Shown here: positions 15,795-20,000 of the stretch, piece after piece
How positions within the stretch are numbered: position 1 is the first letter of the stretch
How the letters are laid out: each line of letters starts with the position of its first letter
Virus record (IMG/VR): IMGVR_UViG_3300008114_000015
Strand: one strand, 5' to 3'
DNA from: an uncultured virus (IMG/VR IMGVR_UViG_3300008114_000015)
Taxonomy: Duplodnaviria > Heunggongvirae > Uroviricota > Caudoviricetes
DNA: 20,000 nt
Translations under genes and position numbers: made by a program
Notes under the pieces: model-generated
Seen by the model: the letters and a program-made list of their open reading frames with translations, nothing else
Databases searched by the model: none
What the model was told of the DNA's origin: nothing

Positions 15795-16375
15795 TGGCAT
15801 CTGCTGTAGCGCAAACATACGTTGTTACTAACGCAGGTAACAATTACGTAATTTCAGGTCTTATGGGTAGTAATCTAACCCTACAAAGAGGATCTCGGTA
15901 TGTTTTTCAAATTAATGCTACTGGGCATCCTATGTACATTCAAACAACCGGCGGAAGCTACAACGTAGCTACGGTCTATTCTTCAGGAGTTTCTGGGAAT
16001 GGAACTCAAGTAGGAACTTTGACCTTTGATGTCCCAGAAAGCGCTCCAGACACCCTTTACTATCAATGCCAATACCACCCAAATATGTTTGGTGTTATTT
16101 ACATTATTGATACCCCGTCACAGCAGTCTTTTGTTGACATAGACCCAGCCTCGCCTACAGTAGAAGACTTGGTTGATAAGATTTTTTACGGTTTAAAGCA
16201 GAATCGCCTGACAGGTAAGGCATCTATTGACACAATTATCGGTGATGATCCAATCCGGTTGCCCGATAAGTATTCGACCAGAACTGACGATTACGTAAAC
16301 TGGATGTGGAGTTATAATAGGTTCGTCTATAGCTACGACGCAACAACCGGCAGATTGTTGATGGAGGTATTGTAA
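15794..16375 (+). CDS. Cupredoxin (blue copper)-like domain protein fused to a C-terminal adaptor-like region
   Basis: LTLQRGSRYVF...GHP (H45)...LTFDVP...LYYQCQYHPNMFGVI (C92-x2-H95-x2-M98); SD AAGGAG; TAATG coupling at both ends. Confidence 0.75.
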   Translation: MASAVAQTYVVTNAGNNYVISGLMGSNLTLQRGSRYVFQINATGHPMYIQTTGGSYNVATVYSSGVSGNGTQVGTLTFDVPESAPDTLYYQCQYHPNMFGVIYIIDTPSQQSFVDIDPASPTVEDLVDKIFYGLKQNRLTGKASIDTIIGDDPIRLPDKYSTRTDDYVNWMWSYNRFVYSYDATTGRLLMEVL

Positions 16376-19300
16376 TGGCCCAGATTCTTGATTTGGGAAA
16401 GATTCGCTTTAACTGGTCTGGTGTTTATAACTCCTCGACAGAGTATGAGTACAACGATCTAGTCAAGTATGGCCCTAACCTATACGCCTATACTGCAAAC
16501 TCTTCAGCAACAGGTGTTGTACCAACTACTACTGCAAATTGGGTTTTAGTAACTGAAGGAGTTTCTTACGAAGGAACTTACACAGGTAACACCCTTTACT
16601 ATAAAAATGACATTGTTACCGATGGTACTAGCACTTTTATTGTAATTAACCAGCACACTTCTCTTGCAACACCATCAACTTCATCAAATGCTAATCTTCA
16701 ATTAATTGCACTAGGTCAAGAAGGACTTCCAAACCAATCTGGAAATATTGATAGACTCCTTACTACCAACGGATCTAGTCCCTCATGGACCGCAACAACT
16801 CGTTTAACAAAAGGTTACTGGGGAACTACTCAAGGTCAAGCTGCAGCAGACTTTGAAACTTCCGCACAACTTACAGATGTTGTGTCTGTGTTTGCAAGAA
16901 GTACCTCTGATTTTGGTCAATTAGTAATGGTAAATCCAAGCAATGGAGCAAACGCGTCAGCAGACGTAATTGTTTACACGGCTGATGGAACAAACGACTC
17001 TGGTTGGATTGACCTTGGAATTACAAGCAACAACTTCTCTGCTGAAACTTTTGGAATTACAGGGCCACATGACGGATACATTTTCATGTCTGCTCCACGA
17101 ATCAATACTAAAGATGTAAGCAAAGTTCGAGTTATTGGATCAACTTGCACCATTACTACTACAGTAGCTCATGGATACTCTGTAGGAAACGTTATTAAGC
17201 TGGAGGGTATTGGAGAAGAAACTGATTTCTTCCATATTCCTAGTGGACTTTACACACTAACCGCAGTCAGTTCTACAACTGCATCATTTGCGGTAACTGG
17301 AATTACCCCATTTAGCGAAGAAGATTTATCTCAATTTGGTGTTGTGTACAAGCCAGCTGGTGACGGCAATTTAGTTTTTGCTACTGATAAGACTGGTCTA
17401 CAAAACGCAATTGTATTTGCTGCTGGTGGTTTTGAGTCTGGAACTTCACAGATGACAATCACTCCAAATGAAGTTGTCTCAATTAATATTGCTACTCCAT
17501 CTTCAAGCACAACAACTGGTGCGCTTGTAGTAGATGGTGGTGTTGGTATTGGAGAACACGTTAACGTAGCGCAAAGCGCCGTTATCGGAGGTCAAGTAGT
17601 TGCTGGTCAAAATGCAAAAGATGCCCTCACTGATTTAGGATATTCAAACGCTGCAGCAGTATTTAACTTTGATGATGGAACAGAGCAAGAACTATTTGCT
17701 CAAATTGCGTTTAGAAACGCAGATAAGACTTCTTCAACTGACCTTATTGTTTACTCTGACAACGGTTGGGATGAATATGGTTGGGCATCCTTTGGTATCA
17801 CCGGCTCTGATTTTGGTGACCCACTATTCCCTCTTACTGGCGCAAATGATGCTTATATATTCCATGACGCTCCAAAGCCAGAAACAGCAACAATTACAAG
17901 CAAGGCAATCACTTCTAACGTAGCTACCTTGACAGTATCAAGCCTTCCAGCTTCTATTAAGCCTGGAGCAAAAGTTGTAGTTACTGGAGTAGATGCCACA
18001 TTTAATGGAGAATACCGCGTAACAGCAACTGGAACTAATACTTTTAGTTATGCAAAGACTAACGCAAACGTAAGCAATACTGCTGTAACTCCAACTGGAA
18101 CCGCAACCTTTAACACTGGCGGTCAAGGAAACCTAGTATTTGCTACTGGCGCAAACGGTTCTGAAAATAAGATTATTTTTGGTGCTGGCGGATTTGATAG
18201 CGGTAATGCTCAAATGATTATTACGCCAGATCAAAGCGTACACATTGAAATTGCAACCCCATCTACTTCCCCAACTACTGGTGCTCTCACCGTTGTTGGT
18301 GGTGTAGGTATTGTCGGTGACGTAAATATTGCGGGTAGCATTACTTTTGGTGGTTCTGGAACTCAGGTTTCGACCGCTAACCTATCTGTTACTGCTCCGT
18401 TTATCTTTACTGGTGATAATTCAACAGTTTCTACAAACGACCTAGGTCTTGTTGTAGAGGGTAAGTATGCAATAACTAATATTCCAACTGCGTCTGTTGT
18501 AAACAAAGCTTTAACATCTAACGTAGCAACTCTCACAACCTTTGCAAACCACAACTTTGCGGTAGGAGATTCAGTAGTAGTTGCTGGAGTAGACGCTACA
18601 TTCAACGGAACATATGGAATTACTGCGGTCACAGCGACCACATTTAGCTATGCATTGACTGCTCCTCAAGTTACAAGCGCAAGAATTGGTGACGTAAGCT
18701 ACAGCATTAGCAACAAGATTCTCTCCGCTAACGTGGCAACTCTTACAACTACGGCAACTCACGACTTTATAACTGGTGAGATTGTAGAAATTACTGGAGT
18801 TGACTCAACATTTAACGGAACATATACAATCACTGGCGTAACAACTAACACATTTAGCTACGCTAAGACAGCCTCAAACGTAACATCTGCTGCAGTATCC
18901 CCAACAGGAACTGCTACAGTAAACCGTTCTTTGGCTACAGCACAAGTAGTTTCAGCAACCCGTACACGCTTCGGTGCCTTCTCTAAAGACGCCACAGATA
19001 ACATATGGAAGCTAGTATCTAACATCAGCACTGAGCCAACAACTTCTATTGATTATGCTCAGAATACTTATGGTAACGGCGTAGATATTGCATACGACAC
19101 CTTGAAGCTTGGAAGCCTTGAGGCAGTGGCTAACATTTCTGCTGCTGGCACTCTTGCTTCTACTGGAAACTTTGCGGTTAATACCGATAAGTTTACGGTA
19201 GCCGCATCAAGTGGCGACACTCTTGTAGCTGGAACTCTTGGAGTTACTGGAAACACAACTCTTACGGGAGATCTAGCGGTAAACGGCGGAGATATTACAA

Positions 19301-19977
19301 CCTCCGCGGTAACCTTTAACCTAGTAAACGGAACTGTTACAACCCTAAATCTAGGTCAAGCAGCTACTACCATTACTATGGGTGCTACTTCTGGTACAAC
19401 CACAGTACGCAACGATCTTGCTGTAACAGGCGCACTTGCTGTCAACACAAACAAATTTAACGTAGATAAGACCACTGGTAATACAACAATTGCTGGAACT
19501 CTTGGAGTTACAGGAAACGTTACTGCCAACGCAGATTTAACAGTAACTGGAACTACAACATTTAACGGAGCGGTTAACCTAAACAGCACCTCACGCATCA
19601 CTGGTCGCTTTGACGTTCAAGAAATGCGTGAAGATATTTCATCTAGCGCATCTGTATCTGGTGGAGTTATGACCATCAGCTATAACACAGCAAACGTGTT
19701 CTACAACGGAACAGCTGTTTCTGGAAACTACACAGTAAACTTGACAGACGTACCAACCGATAATGATAAGACAATGTCAATATCTATTATCCAAAACCAA
19801 GGTGGAACTGCTGGGTACCCAAGCGCCTTCCAGATTGGTGGATCCGCTGTTACTATTAAATGGGGTGGCGGAACTGCTCCATCACCTACCGCAAACAAAC
19901 TTGATATCTTTAACTTTACGCTTCTCCGTTTAGGATCAGCGTGGCAGGTTCTCGGTTCAGCTAACCTCAACTACTAG
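16375..19977 (+). CDS. Long tail/fibre protein (1200 aa) with N-terminal CBM5/12-like repeats, internal duplications and a C-terminal tip domain
   Basis: Thr/Gly/Ser/Val-rich; YNSSTEYEYNDLVKYG and YYKNDIVTDG repeats; TTGALxVxGGVGI beta-helix motifs; four NVATLT...GVDATFNGTY.IT...TFSYA-type modules; IKWGGGTAP...DIFNF C-terminus; SD GGAGG. Confidence 0.85.
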   Translation: MAQILDLGKIRFNWSGVYNSSTEYEYNDLVKYGPNLYAYTANSSATGVVPTTTANWVLVTEGVSYEGTYTGNTLYYKNDIVTDGTSTFIVINQHTSLATPSTSSNANLQLIALGQEGLPNQSGNIDRLLTTNGSSPSWTATTRLTKGYWGTTQGQAAADFETSAQLTDVVSVFARSTSDFGQLVMVNPSNGANASADVIVYTADGTNDSGWIDLGITSNNFSAETFGITGPHDGYIFMSAPRINTKDVSKVRVIGSTCTITTTVAHGYSVGNVIKLEGIGEETDFFHIPSGLYTLTAVSSTTASFAVTGITPFSEEDLSQFGVVYKPAGDGNLVFATDKTGLQNAIVFAAGGFESGTSQMTITPNEVVSINIATPSSSTTTGALVVDGGVGIGEHVNVAQSAVIGGQVVAGQNAKDALTDLGYSNAAAVFNFDDGTEQELFAQIAFRNADKTSSTDLIVYSDNGWDEYGWASFGITGSDFGDPLFPLTGANDAYIFHDAPKPETATITSKAITSNVATLTVSSLPASIKPGAKVVVTGVDATFNGEYRVTATGTNTFSYAKTNANVSNTAVTPTGTATFNTGGQGNLVFATGANGSENKIIFGAGGFDSGNAQMIITPDQSVHIEIATPSTSPTTGALTVVGGVGIVGDVNIAGSITFGGSGTQVSTANLSVTAPFIFTGDNSTVSTNDLGLVVEGKYAITNIPTASVVNKALTSNVATLTTFANHNFAVGDSVVVAGVDATFNGTYGITAVTATTFSYALTAPQVTSARIGDVSYSISNKILSANVATLTTTATHDFITGEIVEITGVDSTFNGTYTITGVTTNTFSYAKTASNVTSAAVSPTGTATVNRSLATAQVVSATRTRFGAFSKDATDNIWKLVSNISTEPTTSIDYAQNTYGNGVDIAYDTLKLGSLEAVANISAAGTLASTGNFAVNTDKFTVAASSGDTLVAGTLGVTGNTTLTGDLAVNGGDITTSAVTFNLVNGTVTTLNLGQAATTITMGATSGTTTVRNDLAVTGALAVNTNKFNVDKTTGNTTIAGTLGVTGNVTANADLTVTGTTTFNGAVNLNSTSRITGRFDVQEMREDISSSASVSGGVMTISYNTANVFYNGTAVSGNYTVNLTDVPTDNDKTMSISIIQNQGGTAGYPSAFQIGGSAVTIKWGGGTAPSPTANKLDIFNFTLLRLGSAWQVLGSANLNY

Positions 19978-19985
19978 GAGTAGTA

Positions 19986-20000
19986 ATGCCCTTTTTTAAC
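19986..20000 (+). CDS. Start of next gene (MPFFN..., 3'-truncated)
   Basis: AGGAG at 19976-19980 followed by ATG at 19986. Confidence 0.55.

Noticed and set aside
17981..18860. Diversity-generating retroelement TR/VR pair in the fibre gene
   Set aside because: All copies are coding, differences are not adenine-specific, and there is no reverse transcriptase in the window.

Overview
This window is a fragment of a large tailed dsDNA phage genome (Caudoviricetes), densely coded and mostly on the + strand. From left to right it holds: (1) an accessory block at 1-3343 with the C-terminus of a GDP-mannose 3',5'-epimerase-like SDR enzyme, an O-fucosyltransferase-family (GT-B) protein, a prolyl-4-hydroxylase-like 2OG-Fe(II) oxygenase, a stand-alone PASTA-domain protein and a signal-peptide-bearing lytic transglycosylase; (2) small membrane, Zn-finger, KTSC and hypothetical genes at 3571-5584; (3) a head module at 5687-12345 with terminase large subunit, two hypotheticals, portal, scaffold and N4-gp56-like major capsid protein, with no protease seen; (4) a neck adaptor, a Gly-Pro-Thr collagen fibre, two small paralogous beta proteins, a cupredoxin-domain protein and a 1200-aa repetitive fibre at 12460-19977. 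The PNGGxSL membrane protein, PASTA/SLT genes, leaderless-type promoters and capsid-module layout suggest an actinobacterial phage resembling Bxz1/E3-type large phages, possibly of a low-GC freshwater host (inference from memory, not searched). The most interesting leads are a possible collagen/virion hydroxylation plus L-galactosylation system, a type-1 copper site in the virion module, a candidate sRNA complementary to the portal ribosome-binding site, a PASTA + secreted muramidase pair with a structured leader, and a sharply recoded patch inside the terminase. All family assignments are by eye from motifs.
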